Below, in pieces: positions 28,988 through 37,095 of a stretch of DNA of 64,000 nucleotides. Source of the DNA: Bacillota bacterium (GTDB lineage Bacteria > Bacillota > Clostridia > Christensenellales > CAG-138). The notes below the pieces were generated by a model. That model had not been told where the DNA came from. It was given only the letters and a program-made list of their open reading frames with translations, and searched no databases. Every line of letters begins with the position of its first letter. The stretch's first letter is position 1. Both the position numbers and the translations under genes were made by a program. The stretch covers positions 3,275 through 67,274 of the forward strand of contig JAEWCL010000020.1 in the NCBI GenBank assembly GCA_023390655.1, in the 5' to 3' direction.

Positions 28988-29044
28988 GAGCGCGCTGCGT
29001 TCGCAATGCAAAGGTCAGGGGTTCGCATCCCCTGTGCTCCACCA
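28988..29044 (+). pseudogene. tRNA 3' fragment (Ala-CGC-like anticodon arm, T-arm, acceptor 3' strand and CCA); the 5' acceptor strand and D-arm are missing
   Basis: GAGCGCG-CTGCG-TTCGCAA-TGCAA-AGGTC-AGGGG-TTCGCAT-CCCCT-GTGCTCC-A-CCA. No GGAGCAC 5' strand was found upstream. Confidence 0.5.
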
Positions 29045-29248
29045 TCTTTCCTGCCGAATACTTCGATTTGACGGCAAATCCCGATAGAGTGCTGGGATTC
29101 ATATCTATCTTCGTGACCGGGCCGGGAAAGAATAAATGTTTTCTCATATTTTTAAGTAACCCCTTATCTGGGTAAAGGTTGTCATAAGTTTACATATGGG
29201 ATGTTTGCGAGTAGCTAGAGTCATGCTAAAATTTGTGTAAAGAGAATA

Positions 29249-29290
29249 AATCGGTCGGAATGGTTGCCCATTCCGACCGATTTTATTATT
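29249..29290 (+). terminator. Strong hairpin/terminator upstream of the SLH protein gene
   Basis: Stem AATCGGTCGGAATGG / CCATTCCGACCGATT followed by TTTATTATT. Confidence 0.6.
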
Positions 29291-29343
29291 CTCAGACCTG
29301 TTGAAGCGGATGGAATTGTATGTAAGGAGAGTGAAAATCATTT

Positions 29344-32300
29344 ATGAGAACCGGAATAACAAATAAAATTCTGGCACTTGTTTTGGCCTGCGTTTTGGCG
29401 ATCTCGGGACTACCGGCATTGACAGTACAGGCCGCAGAGCTACAAATGGGTGAATCCACCGGATACGCCACACCCAGTTTTGCTGATTCGGCAGAGGATG
29501 TGGAGGAACCGGAAGAAGAGTTTACCGAGAATAATGACGGCGACTTTGAGGAAACGGCTGAAAAAGTTGTAATTAAAAAAGGGAAAGTATCAGACAAAGA
29601 AAATGACTTGACTGAAAATGCACCCCTCTTAAATACTCCGAAGAAGAATAGAGCAATCGCATTTGGCGGGGGTATGGGGATACAGTCCTCCGCAGTGGCG
29701 GGCGATGCCAACGACGGCATAGACTTTACGGCGCTTATGGCGGGGAATGTGTATTATGGAACATATCGACACGCAACCGCTTTTAGCAATACACAGTATG
29801 CCAGAAACCTCGATGATAACGATAATGATTTAGGAATCACCTATGACAGTGAAAAAAGACCTGTGCTCTGGCGTGTCATGGGCGAAGAAACCGCCGGAAC
29901 GATGACATTGTTAAGCGAGTACGCAGTGGATGGGTATTATTTCTGCCATGAAAAGGAGGCCCCTACAGCCAATCAGTGGGAGTATTCCGACTTGCGAAAA
30001 TGGCTGAACACACCTGCCTATGAAGGCAATTCCGGTGATGGAGATGATGGGGAGTACGGCTTTCTTCACAGCAGCAAAAGCGGCTTTACGGCTGCGGAGC
30101 TGGGGAATCCAATTATAACCGCATCTGTAAACACGACGACTTATGATTACAGGACAGAGGAGAAAGGCGCTACCCAAGCAACACAGGATCGATTCTATAT
30201 ACCCTGGGGAATGTACAGTAACAAGGAGCAGACAGCCAACGTGGGGAAGGTCTGGTGGGGGGCCGACGATGTACCGGAAAGTACATGCGGGATATCAGAT
30301 TCAGATAAGATTGCGAAACTAAAAGGAGGAACGCCTGTTCACTCCTGGCTGCGTTCGCTTGACACATATGACACCAACTACGCACTGATGATTGTCGTTG
30401 TCGACGGCGGAGACGAATACTCCCCCGGCGAAGTCATCAGCGGCTATGTGCGCGCCGCCTTCGGCGTCCGCCCCGCGTTTCAACTCAATCAGTCGTCAGT
30501 TCTCTTCGCCTCTAAAATCGCGGAGGATGCGAACACAGCCAACGGTGAAACGGAGAAGGCTGCCGGTTATTATTCAACCGGCGAAGACGGTCGCGAGAAG
30601 TACAAACTGACGATATTGAACACTGGTGTGAAATTGAACAGCCTGATGGGGCCGCTCGGCCCTTTGAACAGCGGCGTAACCCTGACCGTAGTCCCCGGCG
30701 GTACGCTGGATTTGGCCGGCGTGGTTAGCGGCGGCGCGGACAAGCTGGTGTATAAAATTGTGCAGGATGTCGATGGAACCAGAAGCATTGTCGGCTACGG
30801 CGCGGGGAACGCCACCAGCTTGACAGTAAACGGTAAGGCTAACGTAACAGACGATGCCAATCTGACCGTTGGCGGCGACTACACCTTGTATGTGTGGGCG
30901 CAGAAGGATAACGACCACAACTCCCACGAGGGCAGCGAGCCTATGTACTTTGAGCTGGAGGTGGGGACGCCTGCCGGCCCCCATACCGTCATCTTTGAAC
31001 TCGATGGCGGCACCCGAACAGGCGGCGGCGATCTGGAGCAGATCGTCCCGGACGGCGGCGCGGCGACAGCGCCCACCGTCACCCGCGACGGTTACACCTT
31101 CGACGGCTGGGACAAGAGCTTTAGCAACGTCACATCTGATCTGACCGTGACGGCCCAGTGGAGCAACAACACAACGCCAACCCCGTCCTCCACCAGCGAC
31201 AGGGACGGGAACAACGGCAATATATCCGTTTATGGCATCAATGTGCCTTACTCCATTCACAGCAGCAGTGGTGTCATGACCATCGAGCTTACCACAACTC
31301 TTTTGGATAAGATTGTGACAGCAGCCAATAAAAATAAGACCATTGCCATCAATGCAGGTAACCGCGTAGGACTGAAAGAACTGGTCGTCAGCTTCCCGCC
31401 ATTGTGGCTTGCAGAGCATACGGATATCACGATTCCGGTGCAGTCCGGTATCGGGGGCATCACACTCAGTCACAATCTTGCAAAGCAATTCCCCAATCAG
31501 GGAGCTACCGCAACTGTCTCTTTGAAAACAGGCAGCCTGATTTTCTCCGCAAGGCAAAGCGGCAAAACAGTAACATGGAATGATACCAATGCACTGGTGG
31601 CGATCTACATGCCGTATACGCCTCCTACGAATAGCAACACAAATGCCGTTGTCCTATATAACAAAACTACTGGTGTAGTGGTTGCCCACAGCTTTTATTC
31701 CGGCGGGAAGGTCTACGCGGCGGTCGGCGGCCCCGGCATCTACGATGCAAAAGTTGGTGCAGGTAACTTTACCGATACACAGGGGCATTGGGCGATAGGA
31801 GACATTATCTTCGCATCCAGCCATGGGCTCATTGCCGGCACCAGTGCCACGGCCTTTTCACCGGATGCGGCAATTACCCGCGCCGATTTTATTGTGGCGT
31901 TGGGTAAGCTCTCCAGCGCAGATGTAAGCAAGTACGAACAAAGCAGCTTTACCGATGTGGCAAACGACAGTCCCGCAATGCCCTATATCGAGTGGGCGGC
32001 GGCAAACAAAATCGTGCAGGGTATCGGCAATCACCGGTTCGGTCCCACTCAGGCAATTACCCGTGAGCAGATGGCGGTGATGTTGACATCCTATGCCAAC
32101 GCTACCGGCCAGACCTTGCCGAAGGTTCGCACGGCCAACACCTTCGCGGACGGCGGCAACATATCTGCGTGGGCGAAGGAGGCGGTCACAGCCGTTCAGC
32201 AGGCGGATATCATGACAGGCAAGACCGGCAATGTGTTCGCGCCCCAAGCCAGCGCCACCCGCGCCGAAGCCAGCGCCATCCTGCGCAGATTTGCGGAGTC

Positions 32301-32562
32301 CACTGTGAATGGTGAAAAAGCCTGGGTACAAACCGGCGAAGGCAAGTGGATGTACATCGGCAGCGATTATCTGCCCCGCAAGGGCTGGCTGGCAATTGCG
32401 AACTCCGATACAAAATATTACCTTGACACCAACGGCTTAATGGTAACCGGTAAATGGCTTCAACTCGACAGCAAATGGCATTACTTCTACGACAACGGTA
32501 AAATGGCGAAAAATACCGCTGTGGAAGGCTATGAAATCGATGAATACGGTGTAAGAAACTAA
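29344..32562 (+). CDS. Large secreted surface protein (1072 aa) with a Listeria-Bacteroides-type repeat, three SLH domains and C-terminal cell-wall-binding (choline-binding-like) repeats
   Basis: Signal peptide ending TVQAAE. GYTFDGWDKSFSNVTSDLTVTAQW. SLH repeats starting FTDTQGHWA, FTDVANDSPA and FADGGNISAWA. C-terminal GWLAIANSDTKYYLDTNGLMVTGKWLQLDSKWHYFYDNGKM. Confidence 0.85.
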   Translation: MRTGITNKILALVLACVLAISGLPALTVQAAELQMGESTGYATPSFADSAEDVEEPEEEFTENNDGDFEETAEKVVIKKGKVSDKENDLTENAPLLNTPKKNRAIAFGGGMGIQSSAVAGDANDGIDFTALMAGNVYYGTYRHATAFSNTQYARNLDDNDNDLGITYDSEKRPVLWRVMGEETAGTMTLLSEYAVDGYYFCHEKEAPTANQWEYSDLRKWLNTPAYEGNSGDGDDGEYGFLHSSKSGFTAAELGNPIITASVNTTTYDYRTEEKGATQATQDRFYIPWGMYSNKEQTANVGKVWWGADDVPESTCGISDSDKIAKLKGGTPVHSWLRSLDTYDTNYALMIVVVDGGDEYSPGEVISGYVRAAFGVRPAFQLNQSSVLFASKIAEDANTANGETEKAAGYYSTGEDGREKYKLTILNTGVKLNSLMGPLGPLNSGVTLTVVPGGTLDLAGVVSGGADKLVYKIVQDVDGTRSIVGYGAGNATSLTVNGKANVTDDANLTVGGDYTLYVWAQKDNDHNSHEGSEPMYFELEVGTPAGPHTVIFELDGGTRTGGGDLEQIVPDGGAATAPTVTRDGYTFDGWDKSFSNVTSDLTVTAQWSNNTTPTPSSTSDRDGNNGNISVYGINVPYSIHSSSGVMTIELTTTLLDKIVTAANKNKTIAINAGNRVGLKELVVSFPPLWLAEHTDITIPVQSGIGGITLSHNLAKQFPNQGATATVSLKTGSLIFSARQSGKTVTWNDTNALVAIYMPYTPPTNSNTNAVVLYNKTTGVVVAHSFYSGGKVYAAVGGPGIYDAKVGAGNFTDTQGHWAIGDIIFASSHGLIAGTSATAFSPDAAITRADFIVALGKLSSADVSKYEQSSFTDVANDSPAMPYIEWAAANKIVQGIGNHRFGPTQAITREQMAVMLTSYANATGQTLPKVRTANTFADGGNISAWAKEAVTAVQQADIMTGKTGNVFAPQASATRAEASAILRRFAESTVNGEKAWVQTGEGKWMYIGSDYLPRKGWLAIANSDTKYYLDTNGLMVTGKWLQLDSKWHYFYDNGKMAKNTAVEGYEIDEYGVRN

Positions 32563-32582
32563 GTGGCCATAGATATTGATAA

Positions 32583-32783
32583 AGCACAGAGGAAGAAAGC
32601 AGCGAAAGCAACGTGAAAATATGGATGGAACTGATTAAGGAGTGCGTTTCCCTTGACAGACTCGACCGGGCTACAGCGTTCCAGCTTATAGATAATGTGG
32701 CGGTACATGAACGGACGGACGGACGAGGCCGCAAGAGCCAGAGCATTCAGGTTAAATACAATTTTGTGGGATGCGTAAGCTAA
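32583..32783 (+). mobile_element. Remnant (C-terminal about 65 codons) of a large serine recombinase (DUF4368-type C-terminus)
   Basis: The frame is open from the stop at 32580. It encodes ...MELIKECVSLDRLDRATAFQLIDNVAVHERTDGRGRKSQSIQVKYNFVGCVS*, which is the typical tail of TndX/large serine recombinases. No catalytic domain is present upstream. Confidence 0.55.
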
Positions 32784-32802
32784 CCAATCCGCAATCCTTA
32801 CC

Positions 32803-32844
32803 CCAAAAAACATTATGAGCCACATAGAAATATGGCTCATAATG
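32803..32844 (-). terminator. Terminator of the tRNA-Ser transcription unit
   Basis: Minus strand: CATTATGAGCCA-loop-TGGCTCATAATG followed by TTTTTTGGGG. Confidence 0.8.
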
Positions 32845-32847
32845 CAA

Positions 32848-32939
32848 TGGCGGAGAAGGAGGGATTTGAACCCTCGCGCCAGTTACCCCAGCCTACTCCC
32901 TTAGCAGGGGAGCCCCTTGAGCCACTTGGGTACTTCTCC
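32848..32939 (-). tRNA. tRNA-Ser (anticodon GCT), with long variable arm and encoded CCA
   Basis: The reverse complement folds as a cloverleaf: acceptor GGAGAAG/CTTCTCC, anticodon stem CTCCC/GGGAG with loop CTGCTAA, and T-arm GAGGG-TTCAAAT-CCCTC. Confidence 0.93.
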
Positions 32940-32961
32940 AGGCCTATAAAATTGTGGCGAT

Positions 32962-33050
32962 TGGCGGAGAGAGAGGGATTCGAACCCCCGGTGCCTTGCG
33001 GCATCACTGGTTTTCAAGACCAGCTCCATAAACCACTCGGACATCTCTCC
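32962..33050 (-). tRNA. tRNA-Ser (anticodon TGA), with long variable arm and encoded CCA
   Basis: Reverse complement: acceptor GGAGAGA/TCTCTCC, anticodon stem CTGGT/ACCAG with loop CTTGAAA, and T-loop TTCGAAT. Confidence 0.93.
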
Positions 33051-33068
33051 CTGACGGGAACGCTACTG

Positions 33069-33097
33069 ATTATAGCAAAACAGCGGTCCGCTGTCAA
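33069..33097 (-). promoter_or_regulatory. Consensus sigma-A promoter driving the two tRNA-Ser genes
   Basis: Minus strand: TTGACA (33097-33092), 17-bp spacer, TATAAT (33074-33069). It lies about 19 nt upstream of the tRNA 5' end. Confidence 0.8.
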
Positions 33098-33219
33098 GCG
33101 ATGCCGCGATGTCTCTTAATGCAGAACATTCATAAACATACGGCGGATCATTTATAAGGAAGAGAACGTATCGGAGAGGCAAATCATAGAATGTTTACAG
33201 CATTGGAAGGGGGATTTCG

Positions 33220-33248
33220 TTGACTTGACACGTACGTTATGTTATACT
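33220..33248 (+). promoter_or_regulatory. Sigma-A promoter of asd
   Basis: TTGACT (33220-33225), 17-bp spacer, TATACT (33243-33248). Confidence 0.7.
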
Positions 33249-33316
33249 TTCCCCCAATCCGCATATGCGTAGAATAAATACGCTGCTTGCAAACGTTACA
33301 GGGAGGATCAACTTAC

Positions 33317-34327
33317 ATGAAGCAGTACAATGTCGCGGTTGTCGGTGCGACCGGCATGGTCGGCCGAAAATTCCTGCAGGTGCTTGAAGAGCGCAAATTG
33401 CCCGTAGCGAACTATTATCTGTTCGCAAGTAAACGCAGCGCTGGCACTACGTTGCCCTTTATGGGCAAAGAGTACACCGTGCGGGAACTGACCGAGACCT
33501 GCTTCGATGGGCTTAATATAGACATCGCGCTGTTTTCAGCTGGCGGCAGCACATCCGAACAGTTTGCTCCCGTTGCCGCGCGCGTGGGCGCAGTTGTGAT
33601 CGACAACTCCAGCGCCTGGCGTATGGATCCGGAGGTGCCCCTTGTGGTGCCGGAAGTGAACCCGGAGCATATTTCCATGTATAAAAATAAGGGCATCATT
33701 GCAAACCCCAACTGTTCCACCATCCAGGCGATGGTCGCATTAAAGCCGCTCGATAAGGCGTACGGCCTTAAGCGCGTTGTGTATTCCACCTATCAGGCGG
33801 TGTCCGGCGCGGGACAGCAGGGCTACTCGGATCTGGAAGAGGGCATTAAGGGCAACCCGCCCAAGAAGTTCCAGCATCCCATCGCGGGCAACTGCCTGCC
33901 GCATATCGACTCGTTCCTGGATACCGGGTATACCAAGGAAGAGCAGAAAATGATCAATGAGAGCCGCAAGATTCTCTCCCTGCCGGAGCTTCGGGCCACA
34001 GCCACCACGGTGCGCGTGCCTGTGTTCCATGGCCACAGCGAGAGCATCAATGTGGAATTTGAGCGTCCTTTTGAACTGGAGGAACTCGTAGAGGTGCTGC
34101 GTAATGCGCCCGGCCTTGTGGTGCAGGACGACCCGAAGAATTGTGTGTACCCCATGCCCATCAACGCCGCGGATACGGATCCCGTGTATGTGGGGCGCAT
34201 CCGCCGCGATTTCAGTGTGGAGAGCGGCATCAATTTCTGGTGTGTGGCGGATAACATCCGCAAGGGCGCTGCGACTAACGCGGTGCAGATCGCACAGGAA
34301 CTCATCCGCCAGTGGGAGAACGCATAA
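33317..34327 (+). CDS. asd: Aspartate-semialdehyde dehydrogenase
   Basis: VAVVGATGMVGRKF Rossmann motif. Active-site IANPNCSTI. Start at ATG 33317, behind GGGAGGA. Confidence 0.92.
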   Translation: MKQYNVAVVGATGMVGRKFLQVLEERKLPVANYYLFASKRSAGTTLPFMGKEYTVRELTETCFDGLNIDIALFSAGGSTSEQFAPVAARVGAVVIDNSSAWRMDPEVPLVVPEVNPEHISMYKNKGIIANPNCSTIQAMVALKPLDKAYGLKRVVYSTYQAVSGAGQQGYSDLEEGIKGNPPKKFQHPIAGNCLPHIDSFLDTGYTKEEQKMINESRKILSLPELRATATTVRVPVFHGHSESINVEFERPFELEELVEVLRNAPGLVVQDDPKNCVYPMPINAADTDPVYVGRIRRDFSVESGINFWCVADNIRKGAATNAVQIAQELIRQWENA

Positions 34328-34343
34328 GTTCGCTCTAATTTGC

Positions 34344-34373
34344 GGCGCAGAAGAAACTCTTCTGCGCCGTTTG
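34344..34373 (+). terminator. Terminator after asd
   Basis: 11-bp stem GGCGCAGAAGA / TCTTCTGCGCC with loop AAC, followed by a short GTTTG tract. Confidence 0.6.
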
Positions 34374-34573
34374 TGCAAGTGCCGATTCATACCAATTTCA
34401 AATAGCAATGCATCGGTGCGGCGGTTCTTTCGTTTGTGGCGGCGTCGACTTCCATTCAACATAGCCGCTGCTACGTTTTCCTCCGGCTTCTTACTCCGCA
34501 CCGAAAATTCCTCGCCACTTTGGATGAATTTTTATTTTCTGTTGGTATAATACAAAAAAAGGAGGGGACACCC

Positions 34574-35452
34574 ATGGCTATCTTTGAAGGCTCCGGCGTT
34601 GCCATCATTACCCCATTCCACGGGAATGGAATTGATTTTGGTGTATTTGAAAAATTGATTGAGCGTCAGATAAAAGGCAAAACGAATGCAATCATCGTTT
34701 GTGGGACCACGGGCGAGGCGTCCACTATGAGCGCGGAAGAGAAGCGCGCTGCGATCGAGTTTTGCGTCAAACAGGTCAACGGTCGCGTGCCGGTGATTGC
34801 GGGTACGGGCGGCAACAATACGGCAAACGTGGTGCGGGACAGTAAGGCCGCGGAAGAGCTTGGCGCGGACGGCCTCCTGATTGTAACGCCGTACTACAAC
34901 AAAACCACGCAGGCGGGGCTTGTCGCGCACTACGCGGCGGTTGCAGAAGCCGTCTCACTTCCTATTATTGTTTATAATGTGCCCGGCCGTACAGGCTTAA
35001 ATGTGCTGCCTGCGACGATGAAGCAGCTGATGGCATACAAGAACATCGTTGCCATTAAGGAGGCAAGCGGGAACATTGAGCAGATCGTAAACCTGGCCGC
35101 CCTATGTCCGGCGCTTGACATCTATTCCGGCAATGATGACCATGTGCTGCCGCTGCTCGCGCTTGGCGCAAAGGGCGTGATCTCCACCATCGCAAACGTC
35201 ATCCCGGAAGACATGCACGAGCTGTGCGCCGCGTTCTTCCGCGGGGATGTGGAAGCTTCGCGCGCGCTGCAGTTCAAGGTTCTTTCCATCTGGAAGGCGG
35301 CATTTTGCGAGGTGAACCCCATTCCCATAAAGACCATGTGCGCGATGCTTGGCTGGTGTGAGGGGACGTTACGGCTCCCGCTTTGCCCGCCCAGCGAGAC
35401 AAACCGCGCGGCAATGGAAACTGCGCTCAAAGAATACGGATTGCTTTCTTAA
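34574..35452 (+). CDS. dapA: 4-hydroxy-tetrahydrodipicolinate synthase
   Basis: GSGVAIITPF, VCGTTGEASTMS, TPYYNK and AIKEASGN (Schiff-base Lys). Start at ATG 34574, behind AAAGGAGGGG. Confidence 0.92.
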   Translation: MAIFEGSGVAIITPFHGNGIDFGVFEKLIERQIKGKTNAIIVCGTTGEASTMSAEEKRAAIEFCVKQVNGRVPVIAGTGGNNTANVVRDSKAAEELGADGLLIVTPYYNKTTQAGLVAHYAAVAEAVSLPIIVYNVPGRTGLNVLPATMKQLMAYKNIVAIKEASGNIEQIVNLAALCPALDIYSGNDDHVLPLLALGAKGVISTIANVIPEDMHELCAAFFRGDVEASRALQFKVLSIWKAAFCEVNPIPIKTMCAMLGWCEGTLRLPLCPPSETNRAAMETALKEYGLLS

Positions 35453-35486
35453 AGAATATCAGCGAAAGCAGGCAACAGGTGAAACT

Positions 35487-36710
35487 ATGATTAAGGTGAT
35501 CATCAACGGCGCATGCGGCCAAATGGGCCGCACCATCATGCGTCTTTGCAAGCAACATAACAACGATTTCCAGGTGGTTGCGGGGGTGGCGACCTATCAG
35601 TGCCCGGAGGCGGAGGGCGTCCCCATCGTCAACGATATTATGAAGGCGCCCGAAGGCGCCGATGTGGTGATCGATTTCTCACGCCCCGCAGCGCTTCCCA
35701 GGCTTGTGCAGTATTGCCAGACTAATAAAATGCGCCTGATTATCGGCACCACGGGCTTGAGCGAGAACGACAGGCTCTCCTTGGAGCGGGCGTCCGCGAA
35801 AATCCCCATATTCTTAAGCGGCAACATGTCGCTTGGCGTCAACCTGCAGATTGAGCTGATTAAAAAAGCCGCTGCGGCGCTTGGCGACGCATACGACATT
35901 GAAATTATCGAAAAGCATCATAACCTCAAGGTGGATGCGCCCAGCGGTACGGCCCTGATGCTGGCGGACGCTGTGAGCACGCAGTTCCCCTCCGGCAAGG
36001 AATATGTGTTTGGCCGCCATACGAAGGACGTCAGGCGCGCCAAAAAAGAAATCGGCCTGCATTCCATCCGCGGCGGTACGGTGGTAGGGGAGCATGAGGT
36101 GGAATTCCTCGGTCAGGATGAAATCGTCACCATTTCCCACAAGGCGTATTCCAAGCAAGTGTTTGGCATTGGCGCGCTGCGCGCTGCACAGTACCTCATG
36201 CACAAGCAGCCTGGCCTCTACGACATGCACGATATCGTGACCGAGAAGGACGTACTTTCCCACCTGTATACGGATGACGATCAGGCGGTGATTACCGTAA
36301 GTTCCCTTCCCAACGAGCCGGGCGTATTAAGCCATATTTTCGGCACCATTGCGCGCAGCAATGTATTTGTGGATATGATCAGCGTTACCGTGCCGGGTTC
36401 TGTCTCCGCCAGCGTCAGCTTTTCGTTGCCGAAATCCCAGCTGGCGACCGCCATCAATGCGCTTAAAACCCTGCGGCCGCTCTATATGGGGATGGATATC
36501 CACGCGCTCGACAACATCACGAAACTGACGGTAGAAGGCCCCGGCATGGCGGTGCGCCATGGCGTTGCAGGGCAGCTCTTCACAGTGCTTTCAGAAGCGA
36601 ATGTCAGCATTGAGCTTGTGACGACCAGTGAAACCAAGATCGCCTGCTGCATCCGGAACAGCGATGTTTCCACAGCGCTTGCGGTGATCGCAAAGCAGTT
36701 TGAGCTGTAA
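35487..36710 (+). CDS. dapB: 4-hydroxy-tetrahydrodipicolinate reductase fused to two C-terminal aspartokinase-type ACT domains (407 aa)
   Basis: DapB motifs: INGACGQMGR and EIIEKHHNLKVDAPSGTA. C-terminal about 140 aa: SSLPNEPGVLSHIFGTIARSNVFVDMIS ... VEGPGMAVRHGVAGQLFTVLSEANVSIELVTTSETKIACCI. Confidence 0.85.
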   Translation: MIKVIINGACGQMGRTIMRLCKQHNNDFQVVAGVATYQCPEAEGVPIVNDIMKAPEGADVVIDFSRPAALPRLVQYCQTNKMRLIIGTTGLSENDRLSLERASAKIPIFLSGNMSLGVNLQIELIKKAAAALGDAYDIEIIEKHHNLKVDAPSGTALMLADAVSTQFPSGKEYVFGRHTKDVRRAKKEIGLHSIRGGTVVGEHEVEFLGQDEIVTISHKAYSKQVFGIGALRAAQYLMHKQPGLYDMHDIVTEKDVLSHLYTDDDQAVITVSSLPNEPGVLSHIFGTIARSNVFVDMISVTVPGSVSASVSFSLPKSQLATAINALKTLRPLYMGMDIHALDNITKLTVEGPGMAVRHGVAGQLFTVLSEANVSIELVTTSETKIACCIRNSDVSTALAVIAKQFEL

Positions 36711-36727
36711 GCGCATTTAAGATCATA

Positions 36728-36767
36728 AAAAACGGCGGGGCTTCTGTATAAGCCCCGCCGTTTTTTG
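36728..36767 (+). terminator. Terminator after dapB
   Basis: Stem AACGGCGGGGCTT / AAGCCCCGCCGTT followed by TTTTTTG. Confidence 0.88.
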
Positions 36768-36836
36768 TTTGCGGTGCATAAGATATGCCGTTTAGCCTAA
36801 TATAATGAAAAATCAGAGTTCAAAGGAGCGCTCCAA

Positions 36837-36971
36837 GTGAAAAAGGAACCAACCGAAAAACTGCTTCCAGCTACACCGGATAACGCCAAGCACAAGTCGC
36901 GGCAGGGAAAAAAGAAAAACGGGGATACCTCCAAGGCTGACGCTCCAGGCAAATGGAGCGTAAAGCCTTAG
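36837..36971 (+). CDS. Possible small basic protein (44 aa)
   Basis: GTG start 8 nt after AAAGGAG. Sequence VKKEPTEKLLPATPDNAKHKSRQGKKKNGDTSKADAPGKWSVKP. TATAAT at 36801-36806. Terminator follows at 37000. Confidence 0.3.
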   Translation: MKKEPTEKLLPATPDNAKHKSRQGKKKNGDTSKADAPGKWSVKP

Positions 36972-36999
36972 ATTTCATGAGCCATGAATCCTATATTGC

Positions 37000-37036
37000 A
37001 AGGCCTTGAAGCTATCCGGCTTCAAGGCCTTTTTAT
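37000..37036 (+). terminator. Terminator between the small ORF and the convergent ABC-F gene
   Basis: 13-bp stem AAGGCCTTGAAGC / GCTTCAAGGCCTT followed by TTTTTAT. Confidence 0.8.
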
Positions 37037-37095
37037 AAGCTTCAATATGCAAATTGATGGTTCTGATAAGCGGGTACAGGTGAAGCCCACAATGT

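Noticed and set aside
28929-29147. 72-aa ORF on the - strand
   Set aside because: It overlaps the tRNA 3' fragment (GCEPLTF derives from the T-arm complement) and has no RBS.
32832-33119. 95-aa ORF (MAHNAMAEKEGFEPS...)
   Set aside because: It is the translation of the complement of the two tRNA-Ser genes. The GFEP strings derive from the T-arms. It is not a protein gene.
33120-34573. A lysine riboswitch (L-box) upstream of asd or dapA
   Set aside because: The leaders are only about 60-70 nt (asd) or lack the conserved L-box helices by eye. Only sigma-A-type promoters and an asd terminator are visible. An Rfam scan would be decisive.
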